64,000 nt of DNA from Lama glama (Eukaryota): NCBI GenBank assembly GCA_028534125.1, contig CM052821.1, positions 56,978,001 to 57,042,000 of the forward strand, in the 5' to 3' direction. Position numbers and translations under genes: made by a program. Numbering within the stretch: position 1 is the stretch's first letter; each line of letters opens with the position of its first letter. The notes under the pieces are model-generated. The model had not been told where the DNA came from. It searched no databases and saw only the letters and a program-made list of their open reading frames with translations. This document shows positions 1 to 16,700 of the stretch, piece after piece.

Positions 1-160
1 CGTTTGTGCCAAGTCCTGGCCATGAATGCCCTCCTTTCCATCCTTCAGCTCTAGCCAGAGGTCACCTTGACCAAGAGACTCAGCTGCCCTCTGACCCCCT
101 ACTCTGTTCCTGGGGTTGAGGGACCCAGGATCCTGAGCCCTGCCAGAGCCCCTGACTCAC

Positions 161-3100
161 GCTTCCACTCATCCAGTGTGCGGTCCACGTCATCAAAGGA
201 CTCATCGTACTTCTGGGCCTTGGGCTCGTCCTCCGTGTCCTGCAGGGCCTCAAAGTAGGGGTGGGCCAGCGCCTCGGCTGCCGTCACCCTCCGCTCTGCA
301 TCTAGCACCAGCATTTTCTCCAGGAGGTTCACGGCTGGGGGGTTGGGCAGATCAGGCTGGGCCAAGGGGAGGCTCCTAGGCCCCAGGCCCCTGTCACTGA
401 CTGCATGCCCACCCAGGCCCACCTACCCAGAGGGCTCGCATTGGTCAGGATGGAGGCAAAATCCTTCTTCTCCAGCTCAGGGAGGCCCTTCATATAATTC
501 TTAGCCTGTGTGGGAACAAAGGGTGAGGGGCCAGCCCCCAGCCCTCCGGCTCACGCCCAGCTCCCAACTGACCTCATCGCTCTGCAGCCTCTGCACAAAC
601 TCAGCAGGGGGCGTCCCCGTCACCTTCATGATCTCCTTCAGCTGGTCCAGGTCTTTGCCAAGGTCAGGAGTACAAGGTAGGGCCAGAGAGCAGGGCTCAC
701 CTACCCCAGAGCTGGACAATGGGCCCGGCCTGCCCCCCACAGGTGCAGGGCAAACCCCGCCCCTGCCCCAGGTGTAGGATACGATCGTTGCCTTTGAAGA
801 GTGTCTTCCCTGTGATCATCTCTGCCATGATGCAGCCCACTGACCAGATGTCCACTGAGACAGAAGCCCCTGCATCAGGGCTATGGGGACTAGGGAGTGG
901 GGCACACATGGACTGGGGTGGGGGAGATAGGCACAGGAGTGGGGGCAGTGGAGGGGGCATGGACAACAGGAGCCATCTAGCCTGCCACGCCCTGCCCAGC
1001 TCCCAGCCCAGCTCAGCAGCCTCCCCACAGAGCAGCCACCATGGGCTTCCCAGGAAGAAAGAGGGAGGCCGGTGGGCGCAGCCCAGGAGGCTGGTGCCAG
1101 TGTAGGCTGGGGCTCTGGGCAGCTTCTCACCCGTCTGTGTGTAGTGCATCCAATTCAAGATGACCTCGGGTGCCCTGTACCACCGGGTCACCACATATCC
1201 AGTCATCTCGCTGTCTGCCTGCCTGGCCAAGCCGAAGTCCAGGATCTACAGCCAGAATCAGAAAAGTGGGCCAAAGGGGCCCCCGGGGAGTGGGTGGGCC
1301 AGCTTGTGGTCCAGGGACCCCCAAAGAGGCTGGGCACATCAAGGCCTCCTGCAAACCCTCCCAGAGGACAGTGCACACAGCCCAACCAAACCTGCCTGCC
1401 CACAACCCTTAGGAACAGGCACCCTGGAGGCTCTCCTCCACCTTCTCCTCTACCCCCTCACCCCAGGAAATGGCCAGCACCTGTGGGGAGGCCACCTCAG
1501 CCCTGCCAGGCTCAGGCCTGGGGAACCAGGCACACTTCTCGCCCTTCACTTCAAGCAGGTCTGGGAGTGTGGCCCATGCCATGCCCATCAGGTGCCTCCC
1601 CAGAGCCCAGCGGCTGCTCAGCCACTGCCCAGATGGCTGGGGTCTGGTCCCTCTGCCTGGGTCTGGGCCAGCCCCCTTCCAGGTCTGAGCGCCAAGGGCG
1701 AGGCAGGCAGATGGCCAGGTGTGAGGTGAACCGAATCCCCAACCCCATACACACCTTCAGCTCACAGTCCTCATTCACTGCCAGGTTGCCAGGCTTCAGG
1801 TCCTGGGGACAGAAGGGAGATGGCTGTGCAGGCCTGCCAACCAGGATTCGAGGGCAAGAGCCCAGGCCACACCTGCAGCCCTTCCGGAAGGGTGGAGGTG
1901 CCCGGCCCCCAGGGCTGAGTGCAGGCAAGTACCCTGTCAGGCTCCTCCCAGGTGAGGAAGGAGGCTCCTGAGGTTGAGCCCCTCCCAGGCCCACAGTCTG
2001 GGAAGCTCCCACCACAACCAGGACTCACCCTGTGGATGATGCCAGCATCGTGGATGTACTGTGGGGACAGCAGAGGGGCAGCAGTAGTCAGCTCATGGGG
2101 ACCTCAGAGCCCTGGCCCAGTTTAGGGGCTCCACCCCTCCAGCAGCCCCATACATCCCACCTTCAGCCCCTTCAGCATCTGGTAGACAAGGAACTGGATC
2201 CGGTCCTCGCTCAGCTTCTCGTGCTTCATGAGCTTGCCCAGGTCGGTACCCATGAATGGCATCACCAGGTAACTGCGGGGACAGGGCAGGCATCCCCGAG
2301 GCAACCCGAGTCCACCTCCCACAGTCTCCTTCCACCCCAGCAGCCCCATGATGTAGGGCAGATGGGGACTGTGCTCTGAGGATTCCCCAAGGATGGCAGG
2401 CCATGCTAGGGGCCGGGGCTCCCTGCAGGGGACGGTGGGAGAGGAAGAAAGGAGGGAAGTGGCTGCGGGTGGTGGTGGGGCAGCCGGACATCTGGGTCAG
2501 AAGGGCAGGCTGGGCAGGTGGATGGGGAGAGACAGGGGGAGAGACAGAGGGAGAGAGTCAGCACCCCACCAGGATAGGCCAGGGTGGGCCCTTGATCCCT
2601 GCAAGGTCAAGCAGCAAGGAGCCTGTCCTCCCCAGCCCTTCCCAGGCCCTTGGCCGACACCAGCGTGAGTCCAGGGGTGGCCGCCTGGGCAACCACAGGG
2701 CAGGCTGGCAGGGCAGGACCACCATGGGTCCCCGTCACCCCTCCCCTGCCTGCCAGCAAAGGTCAGCAGCTCCAGTTACAGGCCACACACTTAGTGCCAC
2801 GGACCCGGAGTGCGGGGCCTGCTAACAAACACTCAGACCCAAGGCTCCGCACTAGAGGAGCAGGCCCAGGTCCACCCAGCTGGACCAGCCCCGTGAGTCC
2901 TTGGGGTACGTGGCAGGGGGAGGACTGTGGTGTGCTAAGGGGCAGGCAGTGTGCACCCTAACCCCCATCAAGCTGCAAGGAGAGGCCCGCCTCAGGCAGT
3001 GCCCCTGCCAACCCCAAACCTGAGGCTCACACCCAGGGGCCACCCAACACCGCCTGCCCTGCCGAGCCTGCCCCAGGCCGGCGCTTACAAGTCTGTGAAA

Positions 3101-6100
3101 GCATCCAGGGTCTCATCGGGCGTGAAGACATCCAGCAACCCAATCACCTGGGGAGGAGGCCAGAGCGCCAGGTGGGCTGGGGGCAGCCAGGGGCACAGGG
3201 CCGGGCACACCCTGGTTCGGGTAGGAAGGCCCCTGCAGCTGTCCTGGCCTCCCCCCGTCCACAGGGCCTGGCTCTGCCCGCTGGCAGCTCAACCCAGCCC
3301 TGGCACACGTGCCCACAAAGACTATTTTTGGATGGTGACAGCCGGAGTTCTCTGGGGGAGGGGCAGCTCCCAGCCATCCAAGGAGCTCTAGACCCTTGGC
3401 CCTTCCTCCACCTCTTCCTGTCCCCATTGAAGACACAGGACCAGTGTGGTGACAGCCTACTAGGAGAGAGCTGACATCTGGCAGGTCTTTCCAGGGACCG
3501 TGCCTCTGCGAGGGGGGCCCAGGCCGGCAGCACTATGACCAAACCACAGGCAGACCTGGCCCCGCAGACCTCTGGTCAGGGGGGATGTACAGCAGACAAT
3601 GTGACGACTGGCAACCGGGGGTCCGGGTGACAGGGCCTCCGGGAAGCCCAGCAGGCCTGCACTTCAGAGTGGCTAGAGGGGCAGGTGGATGTACTGGCGG
3701 GGCACACCTGGCAGAGGCCATGCACGTGGTGGCCTGGAAGGAGGGAGAACACTTAGAGAGTTTGAGGAACACGGGGAGAGAGGCCAAGTGGCTGAGGACC
3801 AGGCCAGGAAGTAGCCAAGGAGAAGCCAAAGGGAACCCGAGAAGGCCCTCGAACACCAGGTGAAGGTTGGCTTTGACCCTAAGAGCCACCGAGGAAGGGC
3901 TTAAATAGGCATGATGCTGAATGTGTCCCCTGGCTGCTGTGTGAGGACAAACCAGAGCAAGGTAAGCGTGGACATGAGGTGGAGGGTGAAGGGACAGCTA
4001 GGTGACCAATGCAGCCACCAGGGCCAGAGACATGGGCAGGGGAGGGGAACAGAGTGGGGCATCCAGAGGGGGGCATGAAGGCAGGTGAGGCCTGGGGCAT
4101 GAGGAGGATGTTTTAGCAAGAATCCCAGAGGTTAAGGGGAAGGTCCATGGGGTTGATGGAGACTTCTAAGCTTCTGGTGCAGATGGAGGCCTGGAGTAGG
4201 GGGAGGGGAGGGAGGAGGCCTAAGCTGGGGCAGAGGAGTAGGACCGGGGCAGATGGTAACTCCTCCACCTACAGCTGCGCTCAGCCTCTCAGAGCCCATT
4301 TCCTCCCAGGAGAATGGGTTTATGAAAAGCAGAGTGTCCCAGCTGTGGAGCGGGGCTGGAGGCAGGAGGGTAGGACCCACCAGCACAGTGGGGACGGCCC
4401 CAGCACAGGTTGGGGAGTAAGCTCCCGGAGGAGGGGGCTGAGGCAGGTCAGGGATGGGAGGCGACTGAACAGAAGAACTAGTGACCTTGCTGGACTGGGG
4501 TGGGGTGGCAGAGAAGCCGTATGAAGCCTCTGGTAGAGGAATCTACCCTCATACGGACAAGTCCTGGGTGTGACCAGGTGTGACCCGGAGGTAGCAAGGC
4601 CCAGGCTGCGCTGGCGTCCACCATGACACCACAAATGGATTTCACCTGGGAAAGGTCAAGGTTGGAAAAATCAGAGAGAATGAAGGACCCATCAGAGGTG
4701 GTAAGAGGGTGGACACTGGACAGGGGCTGAGGGGACAAGCTTCATAGGGGACATGAGGACTCATTCTCCCAGGGGGAGACCAGTGGCTCTGATGACCCAG
4801 GAGGTGCCAGGCCATCTGTTGGGAGCACAATCGGCCATGGTCTGGGTGCCCTGATGAACAGCCCTCAGACTGGGCGACAGTGGCTCATGTGGGAGGGGGA
4901 GAGTTCAGGGCCACAGGAGGACCTACATGGAGGAACGAAGGAAACTCCCCTAGCAGAGAAAAGGGCCCTTTCCGGCAGCCACGTCCCCCAGAGAGGCCAG
5001 TGGGCTGTTCCGTGTCGTGTCCTGTGAGCAGGTCTGGAAACAACATAAGGCCTTTCCCTGGTAGGAGCCAGACCCGCTCCTCCCCCAGTCTGTGAAACCC
5101 ACCCCTGTGGATGTGGAGGGTCTGTGTGCCGCCTACTGTGCCCAGTGCCCTCCAGCGCCCTAAATCCCTCCACTGCCAGAGACCCCAAGGCTCTGAGGCT
5201 GCCGAGCTGAGATGCAGACACCCAGTCCATGCCTCCCTCAGTGTTCCCAGGAGCCCCCAGCTCCTAGGGCTGGGGTTCAGGAGGTAGAGGGGCAGAGTAG
5301 GGTCAGGAGTGGGGCTGGAAGGGCTGGAGAAGGGGGACCAGGTGGGCCTGCAGGGGGATGCCCAGAAAGAGGGCTGAGGCTCAGTGCCCCTTCCAGGAAA
5401 CTCACTCCTCCCACCCGAGGTCCTCTCACCTCAGGGTTTGGAGTGGGACCTGGAAGATCCCCTCCGTCTGGGCAAGTGGCCATCCCCTGACCAGGACCTG
5501 GGCTGAGGAGCCAGATGTGGCCCCAGGAAGAAGCCAGAGAACTAAGTCCTCCGCAGGGACTGGCCTAAGAGAGGACTAGCCCCTGGGGAAGCTTCTCTCT
5601 CAGGAAGAGCGGGGGCTCTTCCTCCCTACTCTGACACCCCCCAACCCTGTTCATGGGGGACACAGCCCTGACTGCTCACCTCTGCCCCCATCACACAGGG
5701 GCGCATTCTAGGGTCTGGGTAGTGGGGCCAGGTCTCCTAGGGCAGGCCTTTTGGAGAGGAGGGCGATAAGCAGAGCAATGGGCGCGGTGTCCCGGAGCCG
5801 AGGGCCCGCGCGACTCACATTCTCGTGGCGCATGTGCTTGAGCAGACGCAGCTCGCGGTAAGCGCGCTTGGCGAACAGCTCGGACTGGAAGGGCCGGTAC
5901 AGCTTCTTGATGGCCACCTTGACGCCTGTGCGGCTGTCCACCGCCGAGCTGTGGGGCGCACCGCTTAGCAGGAGGACTGAGCCACCTCGCCCGGCCACCC
6001 CGCCCGGCCTGCGCTCACCATACGGCGCCATAGGCGCCCGAACCGACGGGCTGCAGGTCCTGGTACACGGCGCGCACCTCCCAGGCGGTCTTGGTCACCT

Positions 6101-6143
6101 CCTGGCGGTAAAAGCCGCGGCGGGGGGGCGGCTGAGAGCTCAT
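161..6143 (-). CDS. MAPK12: p38-gamma MAP kinase (SAPK3/ERK6), exons 1-11; exon 12 lies beyond the left window edge. Exons: 6019-6143, 5819-5948, 3089-3147, 2161-2272, 2029-2058, 1755-1802, 1131-1245, 783-854, 573-652, 427-505, 161-334
   Basis: Spliced translation [23 protein letters not shown]...[33 protein letters not shown]...YLVMPFMG (Met gatekeeper)...HRDLKPGN...[25 protein letters not shown] (TGY motif)...DRTLDEWK. Exon sizes 125/130/59/112/30/48/115/72/80/79/174 follow the p38 family pattern; all introns are GT-AG. Confidence 0.97.
653..782 (-). other. MAPK12: U12-type (minor spliceosome) GT-AG intron 8 of MAPK12
   Basis: 5' splice site GTATCCTAC; branch-like TCCTGAC about 12 nt before an AAAG acceptor; no polypyrimidine tract. 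Confidence 0.85.
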
Positions 6144-6600
6144 GGTTGGCCCGGCACCGCCCCCGCCGCAGACCCCACGCCTCGAGGACCCGGGACCTGA
6201 GATCCGCCGAACTCCCTGGAGCGCGCCCCGGGCCGCTTCGCGGGCAGAGCCAGCTCCGCGCCGCCCGCCGCCGGGGCGCCCCCGCTCCCGGCTCTTGCCT
6301 CCGGGCTCTCCGAAGCCGCAGACCCCAGCCCTACCCCAGCCCCGGCCCGCGTAGTGCTGGGCCCCTCCCCTACCGGCGGACCAACCGGCCCCCGGGCCGC
6401 GCGCACGTGACGCCCCCGCCCGTCCTCTGGCCCCTCCGGAAACCCGAGGCGGCCGCCACCGGGGAGGCCGGAGACAGGGGGGAGGGGACGGAGTGGGGAA
6501 GGGAGCTGCGCCCGAAGCTCAGTCCCAGCCTAGACCCGGACGCACCCCCGCCTGCCTCCGCACTCGGGATGAACTCCCCCGACGGAGCCGAGGTGGGGTG
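5770..6600 (-). promoter_or_regulatory. CpG island / MAPK12 promoter with GC boxes and a GTCACGTG E-box (CACGTG at 6404-6409)
   Basis: Dense CpG over exons 1-2 and upstream of the ATG at 6143. Confidence 0.8.
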
Positions 6601-8280
6601 TCTGAACGGGGCCCCGTGGGGCTCGAGTCTCCTCCTTGCAACCATGCCCCTAGGGCGCTGGCTCATCCTGGGCCGCCTGAGCCTGTCGACTTCCACCCCC
6701 AGCCCCAAATCGCTGTCCACCCGCCCCGACAACTTCCACCCCGCGGCAAACCCCCACCCCTGAGGCACCTGAGCTGAGCGCCCCAACCCCCAGGATGCCC
6801 CTGACGCTGGAGCTAACCGGTCCACCCCTCGGTGTGCGTTCCCCAGCACCTGTCTTGCCGCATCCCCCTTTCCAGACAGAGGTTAATTCTGTCTCCCAAA
6901 ATCAGGTGGCCTCCCAGGCCAGGAGCAGAGAGGGCGGGTCCTGGAGGTCCCCCTTGTGGGCCTGGTGGATCCCTCCTCACCAGACCCCTTCTGCCTGGGG
7001 AGCCTGCTTCAGACACTTGCAAGACCCTCGCCTGTCCCACCCCTGCCCTGCCTGGGCCCTCTGGTTTGTTCCTCAGAGCCCAGCCCAAGCCACTCCACTC
7101 TCTTCAAGGTGTGCCTGACCCCAGGAGTGAAGGGGGGACCCTACTGGGGCTCTCCCTGCCCCCCTTACCCCTAGGTGGGGGCATCGTCCTTTCATGGGTC
7201 TGGCCCCATCCCAGACCAGACACTCCTGGAGGACAGAGCCCCCAGCCCCCCACCACCGTGTCCTCCCCAGCCCAGGGACCAGGTCGGGGAGGGGGTGGGT
7301 AACAAGATCCCCAGGGCCCCTGCCCCGCCCTCTAAGCCCAGCCTGCCAGCCATGAATCAGCAGCTCAGCAGCAGGCCTGGCCAGAGCAGCTTTACACCTG
7401 GGCTGCCACAGCCACCCATGTGCTCAGGACCTGCAGGCTGGTCAGTGGGGGCGGCCTGGGGTCACTGAGCCACAACTGCCTGTCTTCACGCCCTTCATGC
7501 CCTGGGCTGCTTGTGGCACTCCACCTGCCTCCTCCAGGAGGCCCCCAGCTGGCTCCTTACTCCCTGTGGTGGGACCCAGGGGTCCAGAAGGGTTTGGGTT
7601 CTGTATCAGACTGGACCACTAGGTAGGGCATGTCCCAGTTGTGTGCCCACCCCCGACCCACCCCTGGCAGGACTTGGCCCAGCCTGGGCTCCAGGGGTTC
7701 TCCGGGACCTGAGGCCCAGTACTCACGCTGCCCTAGTGTCTGGAGGGCCGACTTCCAGGTGATCTCCACCCCTCAAAGGCCTAGGGCAAGGACAGCCAAA
7801 CACCACTACCCTGGGGATGCCCTGCCTGATCCCCTTTGGGGCCCAGGCCCTCCCGGCCTGAGCTGCAGTGAGCAGTAGGGGCTGGCAGCTCAGCGTGTGT
7901 CCCAAGGGCTGAAGCAGCCCTCTTCCCCTTAACCAGGAAGAAAAGGAAATCTCCCCTCACCATCCCTGACCCTGGGGAAGGGCAGTCCTTTGCTCCTAGA
8001 CTTCCATGTCCTCCCTGACCACTGAGAGGAGGGGGCAGGTGCAGATCTAGACCAGAGCCCGCCCAATGACCCCCAGCAGGGCAGCGGGGTTGCTTGTTGG
8101 AGTGACATCACACTCTGTCCACCTTGGATCCAAGTGGCTCTCAGGGAGCAGGGAGGATACTGAAGATGGCTGGCTGTCAGACCAGGGACCTGAGGGACAC
8201 AGCCACCCCTCCAGGCAGTGGGGGGAGTAGGGCAGCAGGACCTGGAGCCTGAGACACAAGCTGAGTGAGAGGAAACCCCC

Positions 8281-8286
8281 TTTATT
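8281..8286 (-). terminator. AATAAA polyadenylation signal of MAPK11 (3'UTR about 1.2 kb)
   Basis: tttatt on + strand; first canonical hexamer I found downstream of the MAPK11 stop. Confidence 0.75.
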
Positions 8287-9470
8287 GCAAAACCCCGGTG
8301 CAGGCACTTATCAGACCTCCCTGGTCCTGTGAGGTGAGAGGTCACCACCTCGGCTACCTGACAGAGAAGCCCCTAGAGGGAGGACCCACACCCCCAACAC
8401 ATCTCAAGGAGGGTCCTGTCCCAAAGCTGGCAAGGTCAGCTCCACTCTGGAAGGAGGGAAGACAAGAGCCGAACCACAGACCAGAGCACCCAGCTCTCGG
8501 CTGCAGGGCCAGAGGGTGGGCAGAGGTAGGGTAGACAGAGACTTCTTCATCAGCTTGGGGACAGGGGCCAGGATCCAAGTCCACGTGGGTGTGTGCGTCC
8601 TCAGGGCTGGATCCCCCCATGCCTGCCAGCCCTCTGGCTGGCACGGGACCCTCATGTCTTAGAAACCTGCCGCTGCTCCCACACCCAAGGAGAAAGGGGT
8701 CTTTGTTCACACGGTTGCCCCTGGTGAGTTGCACGGCAGAATCTCAGCAGAGCCCTCCACCCTGGCCCACGTCAGGTACCGGGGGAGAAGAAGCAATAGT
8801 ACAGCCACCCCAACTTTGGCCTCCTGCCCATCATGGCACTGACCCTCAGGTGCCCAAGATTCACATGCCTGCACCTGCCTTGACACATGAATTCCAGGAG
8901 TGCACATGTGTCACATGCAGCACAGGTGAACGCATGACTCCAGGTAGCTGTCCCAGCCCTGCCACCCACAGGGACGATCCTTTGAGTCCCAGCACTTTCC
9001 AGGGGAGCCCCTCACTTCTAGGCTGAGCAGCTGTGACCACCAAGACCCCTCCCTTTTTCTCCAGAAGGCTCTGGCCCCAATGCACCACCTGCCAGAGGCA
9101 GCCCTCTGGGGCTGAGGAGCTCTGAAAACTGACACAGTCCCAGGGGGAGCTCTCATGGCACCCAGGTCCGCCAGAGTGAGGTCCCAAAGGAGACCCAGGA
9201 TGCTGGGAGGGGTAGGAGAACCAAGGGATCCAGGATGCTCTGCCCAGATTCCTACATCCATGGCTCACACACATGCAGGTGTTCACAGGCGTGCAGACTC
9301 CCCATAAGGAGTGGGTGTGGAGACAGGGGGATCCCGGGAGAAGGGTCAGCGCTGCTGGCTGCAGAGGTGTTGGGAGGCACCCCTTGTGAGAACCAGGCAG
9401 CTGAGGAATGTGGGCAGGCAAGCTCAGGCCCCTCTTGGAGTTGGGAGTGTAGTGGGTGAGCAGCATCTCC

Positions 9471-14801
<5,331 letters not shown>

Positions 14802-16099
14802 GTCCGGAGCGGCCGCAGCTCGGCCCGCGCCCCGCCCCGCGCCCCCCGCCCGGCAGAGCGGGAGCGGGCGGCCGGAGGCGGGGAGGGGCGGGGCCGGGGA
14901 GGGGGTTCCCGCAGACGAGCGCGCGGCTTCCTGCCCCTCCGAGGCGGCGGCCGAGCGGAAACCAGCCTTCCCCGGGCGGTGCGGGCAAGGGGGGAGGCCA
15001 GGGAACGACTTACCGCCCCTCCCGCTTCTACCTCCCGGGGTCCAGGCACTTCCCCAGTATCCGCCGCGTCTGTCCCCCGCGCGGCGCGACGCAGACCAGG
15101 CAGCCACCGCCTGTCAGGACTACGCGCCCCGCACCCTCTCGCAACGGCTCCCGCGCCTGCACCTCACCGCTCCCCACCTCCAGTCCCTGCACACGCCCTC
15201 CGCCTGTTCCGGACCCGCGTTTAACCCCCCTTCGGCCTGCTCGGGTTCGTGCATCCCTCCTCTCCCAACACCTGCACCCCTCCCCCACCTGCACCCCCTC
15301 CCCCAGCATGGTCCCTCAGAAATGAGATAGAATCCTCTAAATGAAAGAAGCCAGGGGCGAACCATGGGGAATAGTTTTAATCAGGACTGAAAATGCCCCC
15401 TAATGAAAGCTGGCATTTGGTTGGATAGGAACCCCTCTGCGGTGGGCAGATGGCGGCGCCTTGGATCCTGGGCCAGCCTGGCTTCCCTCCCCGGTGGAGG
15501 CCTTCCGGTCTTGGTCGTGTGGTTCTCCTGATAAACCCTCTGTGGTCTGATGTCGGCCTCCTGCAGGGCTGGCTCCTGAGCTGGGCCCAGCCCTCAGGAC
15601 CAGGGACAGCGGCGGCATCAGGGGCCGTTGGCGTGTTGTGCCCATAAGAAGCCCTCCCCAAATGGGTCCTCCTCAGTGCCTGGTACCTTTCCTCCTTCTG
15701 AAACAGCCCTTTCAGCTGTCACCCCTTCCAGGAAGCCCTGACTTTCCTAGGTACTGAGGAAGCTGCATAGTTCAAAACCACTCTTCCCCAGGGCGGTGAA
15801 CTCCTCCCAGCACTGCACATTTCCTCTCTCCACCTGTGAAGGTTCACCTCTCACAGGCAGCTTTAACTGTGAAGGGGAATGTTCCCCGTTTCAGCATCTG
15901 TCTAGAGCTCTGGGCCCCAGGGCATCTACTTCTGTTTCCGAGCTTAAAATGACAAGGGCTCAGAGAGCCCATTGCCCCGTAGGTAGCATAGAAATAGCCC
16001 CCTGACCCTCCACCCTGGGGAAACCGTGGGGAGGGGCTGGGCTGCTTCCTCCCAGGAAAGTGGGAAGCCAGGCTGAGTGCCCTACCTTATTAGACCTTC

Positions 16100-16225
16100 G
16101 ACTTTTTCAAAACAAATGAAAACCTGACTTCTCATTTGAAATCTCCTGATTTTCAAATATTAGCGACCAAATTAAAATAAAACACGTCAACGCAGTACTA
16201 GGCAAATAGACACATCTGCCTGCGG
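16100..16225. mobile_element. hAT DNA transposon fragment, MER45A-like
   Basis: AT-rich island (GAAATCTCCTGATTTTCAAATATTAGCGACCAAATT...ACACATCTGC) resembling the MER45A consensus from memory. Confidence 0.5.
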
Positions 16226-16339
16226 AGGAAACCAGAAGGGGGAGGTGCGGGTGGCGGGTAGCCTAGAATAAGAAAGGAAGCAGGGTCCCAATCTCAGCCA
16301 CTCGCATGAGTTCGGCCACGTCCTGAGCCACCCCCGATC

Positions 16340-16700
16340 TCAGTTTCCTCTCTGGGAGCCGGCGTTGGTCAGCAGTGCCGGATGTCCCCTCCCCCAGTAG
16401 TCGCCCCGCCCGGGCCTCCTCCAGGCTCGCGCTGGGAGCGCCTTTCCCGGCCGTGCGAAGCAGGCCGAGGTTTTGTGTGGAGTTAATGGAGCTTCAGCTA
16501 AAGCAGGGGGAAGAGGCGGGAGGGAGCGCCGGGCCGTGGGAACCGGCCGCGCGCCGGGGGAGGAGCGGCCTTTGTCTGCGCCTTGGCTGGGTGGGACTCG
16601 CTGCGTTTCCATGGCGACTGGCCGCCCTTTCCCCGCATGCCCGCTCCTCTCTCCCACACCGGGGCAGGGGTGTCTGTCTACCCAAGGGAGCCAGCCTCGG
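16340..16700. promoter_or_regulatory. Small CpG island upstream of MAPK11 with RFX X-box GTTTCCATGGCGAC (16605-16618)
   Basis: CpG-rich patch plus a near-consensus X-box palindrome. Confidence 0.55.

Noticed and set aside
1072-1971. 299-aa + strand ORF over MAPK12
   Set aside because: Antisense to exons and introns, no homology, expected by chance at this GC content.
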